The notes below the pieces were generated by a model, which was not told the DNA's origin, made no database searches, and worked only from the letters and a program-made list of their open reading frames with translations. From positions 120,001-152,000 of the forward strand of contig JBHLKY010000001.1 in the NCBI GenBank assembly GCA_048886185.1: DNA of 32,000 nucleotides. The letters run 5' to 3'. Positions within the stretch are counted from its first letter, which is position 1; the number at the start of each line of letters is the position of its first letter. Source of the stretch: Candidatus Hermodarchaeota archaeon (GTDB lineage: Archaea > Asgardarchaeota > Heimdallarchaeia > Hodarchaeales > Hodarchaeaceae). A program made the position numbers and the translations under genes. Shown here piece after piece: positions 1 through 8,986 of the stretch.

Positions 1-2
1 AA

Positions 3-716
3 GAATTCAATTCTGTTTATTCTCACCTTGAGGAAATAAAGATCGCAAAAAGAAAGAAAGACCTCCTTTCCGCACGCTGGGCTATATGGCAACTTACTAA
101 TAAATTAACCATAAACCTTTCTCTGATGAATAATTCCTATTTAACAAAAAATTGGGGATCAAATCTTCATGAAATATTTCAATTCCCAATAATACCACCC
201 AACTTTAGAGAATTAGTTACAATTCTTTGTACCACGAATAATTATGATGAAATGATCAGAGTTGGTCGAGTGTTGATTCAAAATGTTAGAAAATTAATCC
301 TAAAAAAACAACAAAACATCATAATGAGTCCAATTTATGAAAAAAAGGCATTTACCCGTTATGTTAGTATGAAGGCATATATCAATAAGATCATATCAGC
401 TTGTCATAAAGGAGATATCCTCACAGCGAGTTATGCTGTAACTGAACTACAAATATGGATTGCTGAGGAACTTAATCATATTGAGGGAAATTTCCTTGTT
501 GATGTAGACAATTTTAATTCTTTTGATGAAATCAAAGTATTTTATAATCGATTAAAGCTTCCCGATCTTATGGATGGAATATCCCAATCAGATTTCCAAG
601 AAATTGAGAAAAGGGTTAATCAGCTTGATTTGCAACTGCTAGAATTCTGTAAGAATCAAAATTCAAAGATTCCGAGGTTTAATAACAAAGAAGAAATTAA
701 AAAGTATCTTAGCTAA
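3..716 (+). CDS. 5'-truncated protein, possibly the C-terminal helical part of a kanamycin-nucleotidyltransferase-like protein
   Basis: The frame is open from position 3 (EFNSVYSHLEEIKIAKRKKDLLSARWAIWQL...) into the tracked ORF 126..716. It has two similar helical segments (KKDLLSARWAIWQL / KGDILTASYAVTELQ) and NSYLTKNWG, reminiscent of KNTase C-terminal bundles. The catalytic domain would lie outside the window. Confidence 0.4.
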   Translation, partial: EFNSVYSHLEEIKIAKRKKDLLSARWAIWQLTNKLTINLSLMNNSYLTKNWGSNLHEIFQFPIIPPNFRELVTILCTTNNYDEMIRVGRVLIQNVRKLILKKQQNIIMSPIYEKKAFTRYVSMKAYINKIISACHKGDILTASYAVTELQIWIAEELNHIEGNFLVDVDNFNSFDEIKVFYNRLKLPDLMDGISQSDFQEIEKRVNQLDLQLLEFCKNQNSKIPRFNNKEEIKKYLS

Positions 717-717
717 G

Positions 718-1698
718 GTGATTATGTTGAATTCACGTCCACGTGTTTTATGTACTCATAGAATTCCAGAAGCAGGGTTGAAAATCCTTGAGAAATCGAT
801 GCAAGTGACAATTTTAGATGAAAATCTTCCCATTAAAGCTCAGTTGCAGGAATTGCTCCCTTTGACTAATTTTCTTATAACACTTCTTTCTGTGGAGATA
901 TCAGAAAGCTTGATGTGTTTAGCTCCATCGCTTAAAGGAATTGCGAATTATGCAGTTGGATATAATAATATTGATATCGTTGCAGCTAGAAAAAGAAACA
1001 TTTTGGTTACAAACACCCCAGATGTGTTAACAAACGCGACTGCTGATCTTGTATGGGGATTAATCCTTGCAGTAACACGTAGAATTATTGAGGGGGATAA
1101 AATATGTCGTGACAATATTTTTCCTGGCTGGTTACCAAAGTTTTTACTTGGATTTGAAATCACTGGAAAAACTCTAGGAGTAATTGGTTTGGGACGGATA
1201 GGAGCTGCAGTAGCAAAACGAGCTGTTGGGTTTGATATGCAGATTCTCTACCATTCACGAACACGGAAACGTGATATTGAGCAAAAATATGGATTAATCT
1301 TCAGAAAATCGTTAGAAGAAGTACTTAAAGAATCTGATATAATCAGCCTCAATATTCCATACACACAAGAAACCCATCATTTGATTTCAAAAAGAGAATT
1401 ATCATTAATGAAATCTTCTGCATATCTTATCAACACTGCCCGTGGTAGAGTTGTTAATGAAAAAGATCTTATAGATGCATTAAAAACCAAGGTTATTGCG
1501 GGAGCTGGACTTGATGTATTTTATAATGAGCCTTCAATACCCTCAGAATTGAGTGAATTACAGAATGTTGTACTAACTCCTCATATTGGATCTGCGACAA
1601 CTCAAACCCGTGATGCTATGGCACGAATGGTAGCAGATAATATTCTAGCCATGAATGAAGGAAATCAACCGCCCAATCTTATCCCTGAAATGTTATAA
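718..1698 (+). CDS. gyaR: D-isomer-specific 2-hydroxyacid dehydrogenase (glyoxylate reductase-like)
   Basis: ANYAVGYNNID, TNTPDVLT, Rossmann GVIGLGRIG, INTARG, GLDVFYNEP and TPHIGSAT motifs. Confidence 0.85.
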   Translation: MIMLNSRPRVLCTHRIPEAGLKILEKSMQVTILDENLPIKAQLQELLPLTNFLITLLSVEISESLMCLAPSLKGIANYAVGYNNIDIVAARKRNILVTNTPDVLTNATADLVWGLILAVTRRIIEGDKICRDNIFPGWLPKFLLGFEITGKTLGVIGLGRIGAAVAKRAVGFDMQILYHSRTRKRDIEQKYGLIFRKSLEEVLKESDIISLNIPYTQETHHLISKRELSLMKSSAYLINTARGRVVNEKDLIDALKTKVIAGAGLDVFYNEPSIPSELSELQNVVLTPHIGSATTQTRDAMARMVADNILAMNEGNQPPNLIPEML

Positions 1699-1707
1699 AG
1701 TTTTTTC

Positions 1708-2535
1708 TTATCCAGGTCGATCAATACTTTCTTTTTTTCGTAATTTATTATAAATCTCATTCCAATCTACAAGAATAAATACTGTAATTATTAGTATTGT
1801 AAGGATCCACATCATTGTGCTAGTTACTATCTCCCCAATTGTGGTTTGTTGGATCACTCCTGATCTGACTTGATTTAAATTAATCCCATAGAGCTGTAAG
1901 AATAATTGACCAATGGTTGTTTCGCTAGCAACTGAAGCCATGAACGCAGCTGAACACGTTAATGTCACTTTTCCCAAAAAACAGAAAAATAGAGTTTTCC
2001 ATAATGAATAATTAGCTAACCCTAAAACCACCATAAAAGTATCATCAGGAATAGGTGTTGCAGCGAAAATAAATATTATAAAGGGAGCATAGCCTTTTTC
2101 TACCCATTCGTTCATTTTCTCTAGTTGAGATGATTTTTTCAATGAATTTTTTCCTATTCTACCTAAAATCCACGCTGATAATTCCCCTACCGATGCTCCA
2201 AAACCCGCGGAGAATCCTAATACGAGGAGCATGACTGGATTTCCATGAATATCAGGGAGTAGGGTGACAAGAACGAGTGTAAAAAGATAGGGAACAGGGA
2301 GTATAATTGTGAAATTTCCTATAATACTAATAAAAAATACACCAATATTGATTCCAAGAACTCCAAATTCCTCATAAAAACTATGAACAAATCTGTATAA
2401 TTCCATTCCAATGTTAATTTGGAAATAAAGCACGGCAAGAGTTGCTCCTAGCGTGAATACGATGAAAAAGATAACAATCAGAATTCCTAAAAACATGAAA
2501 TGTTTGTTATCAACATCATTTGGCAGAATGTCCAC
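1708..2535 (-). CDS. VTT-domain (DedA superfamily) membrane protein
   Basis: Multi-TM protein with GFGASVGELSAWILGR, FAATPIPDD and LWKTLFFCFLGK, typical of the VTT/SNARE_assoc core. Confidence 0.8.
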   Translation of the reverse strand: MDILPNDVDNKHFMFLGILIVIFFIVFTLGATLAVLYFQINIGMELYRFVHSFYEEFGVLGINIGVFFISIIGNFTIILPVPYLFTLVLVTLLPDIHGNPVMLLVLGFSAGFGASVGELSAWILGRIGKNSLKKSSQLEKMNEWVEKGYAPFIIFIFAATPIPDDTFMVVLGLANYSLWKTLFFCFLGKVTLTCSAAFMASVASETTIGQLFLQLYGINLNQVRSGVIQQTTIGEIVTSTMMWILTILIITVFILVDWNEIYNKLRKKESIDRPG

Positions 2536-2604
2536 CCAATTCTTCTTTCAAATCAGAAACAAGTGAATCAGAAATTAAGGGAATTAAAAAAAGGGAGAAC
2601 AGAT

Positions 2605-4278
2605 TTATTGTACCTTAATCAATTCTCCTTTGCAATAAGGGCATCTACTTACGCCAGTTCTAGTGATGTTGTCGTAGCAGTCTCCACAAATCTTTCGGGA
2701 GCATTGTTCACACTCATATGCTGAGTCAGTTGAAGGATGTTTTGCATTATCTAGTTGACAAAAAAAAGCTTCTCTTTCATCTGGAAAATATTTGTGTGAT
2801 TTGTCCTCTTGCTCTATTTTTGCACCACAATGTTTACAGAAGCGACTTGTCGGAATTATAGGATTTCCACAGCTTTGACAATTTTTAGCTGTCGATGGTG
2901 TGGTAATTGTAGAAACACCATAATCTCTACCAATTAATTTTGCACCACAATTAACACAAAAAACATCCCCAGGTTTGGAAGCTGTCTTACAGCGATGACA
3001 TTCTTTCGCTTTCTCAACTTGAATCGTCTGTGTTGTTGAGGGAGGGATGGAAACAGCAGAAGAGGGTGTACTTGTAGGAGCGGCTTCTTTTGATTTTCTT
3101 CTTTGAATTATAGCAACTATCAATAGAATTACAACTATAGAGCCGATAATCAGTAAGATGGGTGTGAAATTGTTCCATTTATGTTCATAGGTCACTTCAG
3201 TGTTATAAGAGATATCAAATGTAATATCAACTGATTCAGCTGGATTGACAAAAGGATCAAAGTAGATGAAGAAATACCAATCACCACTCGATGGTACAGA
3301 TAAAGAACCAGATATTGGATCTACAACATCTCTTTCAACAAGTTCAGCCTGATTGAATTCAAAAAATTTACGTGCCGTATAATCAACGTTTAGGTCAATC
3401 TCAACAGGACTAGTTCCACTGTTATACCAAACAAGGTACCAGTCTTGAGCGTAGGGAATAGTAAAATCACCAGTCACAGTAGGATCTTCTGAAGATGCTA
3501 TGAAAGATACATCAGGATAAATAGTTTCCCAGTTATTCCAACGATTTAATTCATCCGCATCAGCAATGAAAAATTCAATAGGTCCGCCTGAAGTTACAGT
3601 GAATTGAAAAGCTAAATTTGAACCCTGTTTTAGAAAATAACCCAGATATTGATAATCATGATTTCCGTAAACAGTTACACTTTCGTTATAATTTCCAGTT
3701 CGAGTCACAGTTTCTGGGAAATTTTCAAATGGTTGGTTCCAGATGAGAAACGTGACTTCGCTTTGAGCTTCTACCCGATAATCTATTGTTTGCCCTGAAG
3801 ACAGATATTCCTTCTCATACCAATATTCATTATAGTATAATGTCTGAGTGTCCGAATATGTAACGATACCATCTGCTGAAGCGTTTGTAAAGGGGAACCA
3901 GAATGCTACTCCCATGAGAGGAAGAATAACGAGTAAAGCGATGATTGCAAGTACTAATCCCCCACCCCAATAGACAGGAGCATAGTACCAAGGTCTCCAT
4001 GGATAACCCCACCACCAATACCAATGCCATGGTCTTCGCCACCATGGTCTCCAGTATCCCCCCCAGTAATGTCGATGATGAGGACGATGATAGCTTCCAC
4101 CTCTAGGAGCACGTGATACAGTTCGACGAGATCCTGTTCGGCCAAATGGCCGACCTGATGATCGAACGCTTCCTACTCTGAAACTTCGTCCCCCGCCTCG
4201 GAAACCTCCACCGCGAAAACCACCACCACCAAGACCTCCGCCACGAAAACCGCCGCCACCACGAGGCAAGAGATTCAT
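2605..4278 (-). CDS. Two-TM protein: Gly/Arg-rich N-terminus, beta-rich extracytoplasmic region, two double zinc ribbons, C-terminal RING-like finger
   Basis: FRGG repeats; TM1 LVLAIIALLVILPLMGVAFWF; TM2 FTPILLIIGSIVVILLIVAII; CHRC..CVNC and CQSC..CKHC; terminal CQLD..H..CEQC-x4-CGDC-x11-CPYC. The start is ATG 4278 (ATGA overlap with the upstream stop) or TTG 4269 (10 nt after GGAGG). Confidence 0.8.
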   Translation of the reverse strand: MNLLPRGGGGFRGGGLGGGGFRGGGFRGGGRSFRVGSVRSSGRPFGRTGSRRTVSRAPRGGSYHRPHHRHYWGGYWRPWWRRPWHWYWWWGYPWRPWYYAPVYWGGGLVLAIIALLVILPLMGVAFWFPFTNASADGIVTYSDTQTLYYNEYWYEKEYLSSGQTIDYRVEAQSEVTFLIWNQPFENFPETVTRTGNYNESVTVYGNHDYQYLGYFLKQGSNLAFQFTVTSGGPIEFFIADADELNRWNNWETIYPDVSFIASSEDPTVTGDFTIPYAQDWYLVWYNSGTSPVEIDLNVDYTARKFFEFNQAELVERDVVDPISGSLSVPSSGDWYFFIYFDPFVNPAESVDITFDISYNTEVTYEHKWNNFTPILLIIGSIVVILLIVAIIQRRKSKEAAPTSTPSSAVSIPPSTTQTIQVEKAKECHRCKTASKPGDVFCVNCGAKLIGRDYGVSTITTPSTAKNCQSCGNPIIPTSRFCKHCGAKIEQEDKSHKYFPDEREAFFCQLDNAKHPSTDSAYECEQCSRKICGDCYDNITRTGVSRCPYCKGELIKVQ

Positions 4279-5315
4279 TCCTCCTTGATTTGGGCTTGAG
4301 CGTTTTCACGGAAGAAAACATCTCTGGAAACTGCAGCAATTAGGAAAATAATTGCTAGTACACAGAGGACAAGACCAGTTATATCCAAAGTGATGGTGCC
4401 TGAAACCCGTAGAGCTCCTACTGTTGAGATCACAATGAACAGAATCCAAATCAATAGTAGATTTACCAACCCTACGACAAAACCGATTCCTTGCCAATTT
4501 CTCGTTAATTTTACATTATTATAATCTGCATTAGCCCAATGGAAAATTGCAAAAGCACTGAAAATTCCAAGAATTAAAAATATTAAGCCATAAATGAACA
4601 CTCCAATCCATAATAGGCTATATTCACCTTGGATGTTGAAATATCGTAACCAAAATCCCCCACCTCCACGAGCTTCAAAAAGATAATAGGTTGCTGTTTC
4701 ATCAGTATAGCCCATCACTGGTGCTTTGAGAAATCCTGAAATCCCAGCCAAAGGTCCTATAATGCCCAGGCAGAAGTACAAAAAAGTCATCAAAAGTGTG
4801 AAACCATAGTTGAAAAATCGAGGATTATTTACTGCAATTAATCCCTTTTGGTCCTCATATTTCTCTGGTAAGAACCCCCAGCAATCCGTTATGGTTGCTA
4901 CACCAATTAATTCATCTTTTTCAATAACTGGAATAACAGATACGTCTAGATCGCGCATTCGAGTGAAGGCAGTAGAGACAGGAGTGTCTTTTGTAACTGG
5001 ATCTATAGTGTACATTATTTCAGTCACTTTTGCTGTTTCTGCTGATAATCCTTCAGCAACAAGCCCTGTTACAATATCAAAATCAGCAATTACTCCTAAA
5101 ACTTTTTTGTTGTCCTTTTCATCAACTACAACTAAATCAGGAATTCCTTGCTCCTTCATCTTTAAAGCTGCATCTTTAATCGATTTCTCTGCTGTGATAG
5201 TATCGTATTCATCATCAATTGTTAAATCGCGAATATAAAATTCTTTATTTTGTGACAATTGAAATTGAAACCTCCAATTTTTGCAAGCTATTTCAGTGGG
5301 GAATCTCAAAAACAA
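4275..5315 (-). CDS. CBS-pair domain fused to a 4-TM C-terminal domain
   Basis: Tandem CBS motifs (IPDLVVVD..VLGVIADFDI; VSVIPVIE..LIGVATITD) followed by four hydrophobic segments. The likely true start is TTG 5258, 11 nt after GGAGGT. Confidence 0.8.
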   Translation of the reverse strand: MFLRFPTEIACKNWRFQFQLSQNKEFYIRDLTIDDEYDTITAEKSIKDAALKMKEQGIPDLVVVDEKDNKKVLGVIADFDIVTGLVAEGLSAETAKVTEIMYTIDPVTKDTPVSTAFTRMRDLDVSVIPVIEKDELIGVATITDCWGFLPEKYEDQKGLIAVNNPRFFNYGFTLLMTFLYFCLGIIGPLAGISGFLKAPVMGYTDETATYYLFEARGGGGFWLRYFNIQGEYSLLWIGVFIYGLIFLILGIFSAFAIFHWANADYNNVKLTRNWQGIGFVVGLVNLLLIWILFIVISTVGALRVSGTITLDITGLVLCVLAIIFLIAAVSRDVFFRENAQAQIKEE

Positions 5316-5637
5316 AGGATTTAAACTTTAACCTTACAGAACCCGAAAACTAGAAAAGAGATGACCTATTACTTATTTGTAGTTTTATTAATCTTTGTAT
5401 TATTCTTAATTGATTTTAAAAATTCCAGCCAAGAACTTAAGAAATTTAAAAATGTATACGTAAAAGTAGTATCAAAAACTTCAAGAGTGTTAGTCAAGCA
5501 AAAATTAATCATTTCTGATTTAGGAAACATAATAAATAGATAATTCTAACCTTAAATCTTCAAATCCTATTAGGAATACGAAATAGTCTTCAATCCAAAA
5601 TTAAGGCTTCTTCTTAATGAATTTATTCTTGTGATCA

Positions 5638-6906
5638 TCACTTTTCGATTAAATGACATAGACATGAAATTATTTCCTCAGTTGGAATATCTCGGACTTG
5701 TATTGTAGTGATTCTCCCACGTGATTTTCCATTTTTATGACGGTTTTCTACCTGAAGTTGAATGAGGCCTAGTCTTTCTAAATCCTTCAAATAGGCCCAT
5801 ATTTGTGTTTGGCGGCGAGGTCGAGCTCCTGCTTCTTCACAAATACTTAAATAGGAATTTTTTACTTCAGGTGTCGTTACAGATGTTCTATTAATAGAAA
5901 GAAGCTTAGCTATGCTTAGTAAGAGTAATTTTTGATGTGTATTCAGATCCTCAACCACTGATTTTTCAATGGGAAGTACAGAAATAACTGCTTTACGTAC
6001 ATGTTCAGTTGTGATCTGTTCACTCTTATTTCGATCTGCAAGTTTCGCAGCTCTCCATAATAGTTCAATAGCAAATCGGGCATCTCCATATTCTTCTGCA
6101 AGTCCCGCTATTATGTCGAGTAGTTCATCATCATAACATTCCTTGCGAAGTCCTAATTCTGCTCGTGAATTTATAATATCAAAAAGGTGATTCCTAGTGT
6201 AAGGGGGGAAGTTGATAAAGTTTCTGCCGAGAGAAGAAGCCGTAGATGAGTCGAGGTGATGTCTAAAATGCTTGTCACGAGTACAACACAGTAAGTTGAA
6301 TCGGGATTCATCGTTATTGTTGGGAAAATTAGAAAAATGATCCTCTCGAATTTTAGCGTCACCCTCTTCAATACGTGATAAGGCATAAAGAAAATCGCTT
6401 CGTTCATCTGAAATTAAATAATCAATCTCGTCTAAAACGAGTAAAGTTACAAGATTCTGCTCATATAATAACAGAGAAAACATTCGAAGAAGCTCATCAA
6501 AGCTAAATCCCCGTAAAGGAAAACCTGGTACTAGTTGTCGTAAAACAGATGTTAAAATAAGATGAGGAGTCTTTGTCTTGCGACAGTTTACATGAAAGAA
6601 CCGAAAACTGGGTTCTCCTGGTTTGTGTTCAGCTTTCAGGTATTTGGTAAGATCAGCTCCAAATGCTCTTGACACTACTGTCTTTCCAGTACCTACAGGA
6701 CCGTATAAAACAACTTTGCGGGAAGAAGAAGCAGGTTCGGTTATAATTGATCTAAAATAATTGACTAGACTCTTCATCTCTTCCTCTCGATGCCAAAGGT
6801 GATTGGGAATATAATTAGATGCAAACACCTTTTCTGCGCGAAAAACTGTTTTAGAGTCTGAAAATAACGCAGAAAAATTGTTGCTCGTATTAGACATAAA
6901 GTTCAC
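5638..6906 (-). CDS. cdc6: Orc1/Cdc6 family replication initiator (AAA+ ATPase with C-terminal winged helix)
   Basis: Walker A GPVGTGKT, HVNC, Walker B LVLDEIDYL, FPPYTRNHLFDIINSRA, GDARFAIELL, and wHTH YLKDLERLGLI. Confidence 0.92.
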   Translation of the reverse strand: MNFMSNTSNNFSALFSDSKTVFRAEKVFASNYIPNHLWHREEEMKSLVNYFRSIITEPASSSRKVVLYGPVGTGKTVVSRAFGADLTKYLKAEHKPGEPSFRFFHVNCRKTKTPHLILTSVLRQLVPGFPLRGFSFDELLRMFSLLLYEQNLVTLLVLDEIDYLISDERSDFLYALSRIEEGDAKIREDHFSNFPNNNDESRFNLLCCTRDKHFRHHLDSSTASSLGRNFINFPPYTRNHLFDIINSRAELGLRKECYDDELLDIIAGLAEEYGDARFAIELLWRAAKLADRNKSEQITTEHVRKAVISVLPIEKSVVEDLNTHQKLLLLSIAKLLSINRTSVTTPEVKNSYLSICEEAGARPRRQTQIWAYLKDLERLGLIQLQVENRHKNGKSRGRITTIQVRDIPTEEIISCLCHLIEK

Positions 6907-7282
6907 GTTTTAGTCGGATTAATTATTTCACATTCACTCGACTACTTCCTATGATCTAGAAGTAGATTGGGATACTTTAAACGTTAAGGAGACTAATTTC
7001 CAAATAATAATAGATGTTCTTGATCTTGGTTAAACCTCTTTTCCTTTCCTTTTCCCACTATTATAAATATTCTAGGAGGAGAAGAGATTAATATAAAAGT
7101 TTAGATTCTTTTTTTAGTTTACCATGTGATAATATCGTTTTATCAATACAACTGTGAATTGGGAGGAGTAAAAATCTCAATATAATATTAAAAAGAATTT
7201 TAATGATTAATCACGTTAAATACAAGTGAGGGAGTGTTCATTGAAAACGAATTTCAGAAGAATTCTAGAATGTCTCTTTTTT

Positions 7283-7555
7283 CTATTCACCTTTTTTCCT
7301 CAAAAGTTCGATGAGAAAGCTTACTCCGTAACCTAACCTTTACTTTGAGCATGTATTTTTCCCCTATGAATCTCTACAATCCTCTGAGATAAGTAAAAGC
7401 CTATTTCAGTCTCTTTTGCGGCATATTCAGATTGAAAGCTAATGAATTGATCAAAAATCCTTTCTAAATGTTCTTGTGTGATTCCTGCACCATTATCAGT
7501 TATATAAATCCGTATTTTCCTACTTTTTTTCTACTTTGACTCTGATCTTCTCTCT
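7283..7555 (-). pseudogene. Remnant of a sensor histidine kinase HATPase_c domain
   Basis: Manual translation: (REKIRVKVEK)/SRKIRIYITDNGAGITQEHLERIFDQFISFQSEYAAKETEIGFYLSQRIVEIHRGKIHAQSKG/(GYGVSFLIELLRKKGE*). G1 (DNGAG) and F (RIFDQF) boxes are present and G2 is eroded. There are two frameshifts (A7 run at 7524-7530; near 7333-7336) and no recognisable N box or start. Confidence 0.85.
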
Positions 7556-7773
7556 TTAAAAGCCAATGAAGAGTCATCTTTTACACTAGAAAAATTAACG
7601 ATATAGTATGATTTAAATATTGAGTTTTTTGGCATTAGTAATCTAGATAATCGTTTCAAATTATTTCCGATCTTAAATGAACAAAAAACGAGATTATTTA
7701 AGTTTGAGAAAAAAACATTTAAAAATTAGAGAATGATTGCTATTATATTGTTCATTGGAGTGTTAAATCCCAA

Positions 7774-8604
7774 ATGATTGAGATATTACCAGAATTATGT
7801 AGTAAATGTGGTTTTTGTGTTGAATGTTGTCCATCTATGATTTTCTCAATGGATCAAAATATAATAAGGGTTGAGTTTGAAGATTATTGTATCCTCTGCG
7901 GACACTGTATCGCTATTTGCCCCGAAGATGCAATTCGACATGGTAAACTCGATTATACTCAGTTTAGAGACATCCAAAAAACCCAAATTGACTCCCAAGA
8001 CCTTTATACGCTATTCGAAACTAGAAGATCAGTTCGTAACTTCAAAAAAAGGGCTATTTCTCGAGAATTAATTGATCATCTTTTGTCTGAAACTAGATAT
8101 GCTCCTACTGCAAGTAACCTTCAAAATGTTAAATATCTTGTACTTCAAAATCAAGCTAAAGATTTGTTCGTTGCGCATGTACGAAGTTTTTATGCCAACA
8201 TTCTAGAAATTTTTCAATCATCTCAAACTGAAGATAATACTATGTTACGCCGTATCCGAAAATGGAAACATTGGTTGTTTGAGGCCGAGAAAGGGAGGGA
8301 TGCCCTTTTTTACAATCCACCTGCAATTATCATTGCCTATGCTCCTAGTTCCAACTCATTAACTTCATTAAATGTAGGTTTTGCTATAGCTTACCTGATG
8401 CTTGCAGCTCACGCAATTGGACTAGGAACTATTAATATTGGATATGCAGTTGAAGCAATACGCCGAAATCCGAAAATTGTGGAAGATCTAGGGATCTCTA
8501 CAGAAGAATATTGGGTATATGCTGTTGTATCAATAGGATATCCTGCTTTTGATTATTTAAAAATACCTGTACGCAATCCAGCCCATATCACGTGGCAAAG
8601 ATGA
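7774..8604 (+). CDS. Nitroreductase with N-terminal 2x[4Fe-4S] ferredoxin domain
   Basis: CSKCGFCVECCP and CILCGHCIAICP; RRSVRNF, APTASNLQN and AAHAIGLGT nitroreductase motifs. Confidence 0.9.
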   Translation: MIEILPELCSKCGFCVECCPSMIFSMDQNIIRVEFEDYCILCGHCIAICPEDAIRHGKLDYTQFRDIQKTQIDSQDLYTLFETRRSVRNFKKRAISRELIDHLLSETRYAPTASNLQNVKYLVLQNQAKDLFVAHVRSFYANILEIFQSSQTEDNTMLRRIRKWKHWLFEAEKGRDALFYNPPAIIIAYAPSSNSLTSLNVGFAIAYLMLAAHAIGLGTINIGYAVEAIRRNPKIVEDLGISTEEYWVYAVVSIGYPAFDYLKIPVRNPAHITWQR

Positions 8605-8986
8605 ATTGAATACCTAAAATGAAGTGTCCTTTGATTGAATGTTTAGAGAGTATAAGCATCTTGAAATAATAATTCAAAACAAATATGATCCATAGACTGA
8701 GTTAAGTGAAAATGACGAAAATGGATAGAATTACCTATTCCACCTTCAATGATTGATACATCTAATATAACGTTAAGAATCCGTCTTAATTATCCATTAA
8801 CTTCATACCCCCTCCTTGTTTATTCTTTCTCATAACATATAATCCCTCAAAGAGGGACATTTTACTTTGTACACCCCTTATTTTGTAAAGTAAGACAATA
8901 TCATCTTGAATCTACACTCTGTTGAGTTAAAAGCGTCCTTGTTATTGGAATAATCATCCTAAAACATATTCAAGGTTTGATGAATA

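Noticed and set aside
4160-4270. G-quadruplex potential in the GG-rich tract
   Set aside because: Fully explained by Gly/Arg codons; mostly two-G runs.
4810-5238. Antisense or alternative-frame ORFs in the track (e.g. 4810..5238, 18174..18608, 24025..24411, 25801..26217 and the other short nested ORFs)
   Set aside because: They lie within well-supported genes and carry no motifs; treated as shadow ORFs.
5361-5543. 60-aa ORF with hydrophobic N-terminus
   Set aside because: No motif or RBS; plausible as an AT-rich chance ORF. It cannot be supported or excluded.
6907-7773. Replication origin (oriC) next to cdc6
   Set aside because: AT-rich, but I found no repeated ORB-like TCCA.TGGAA/G-string motifs, and part of the gap is a kinase remnant. 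A diverged origin cannot be excluded without skew or binding data.
8780-8818. Strong minus-strand RBS AAGGAGG followed by ATG (MKLMDN*)
   Set aside because: Only six codons, and the downstream frames show no recognisable domain.
8843-8893. Two short inverted repeats upstream of radA (TCCCTC-AAA-GAGGGA; TTACTTT..AAAGTAA)
   Set aside because: Short or imperfect and not repeated elsewhere in the window; no basis to call an operator.
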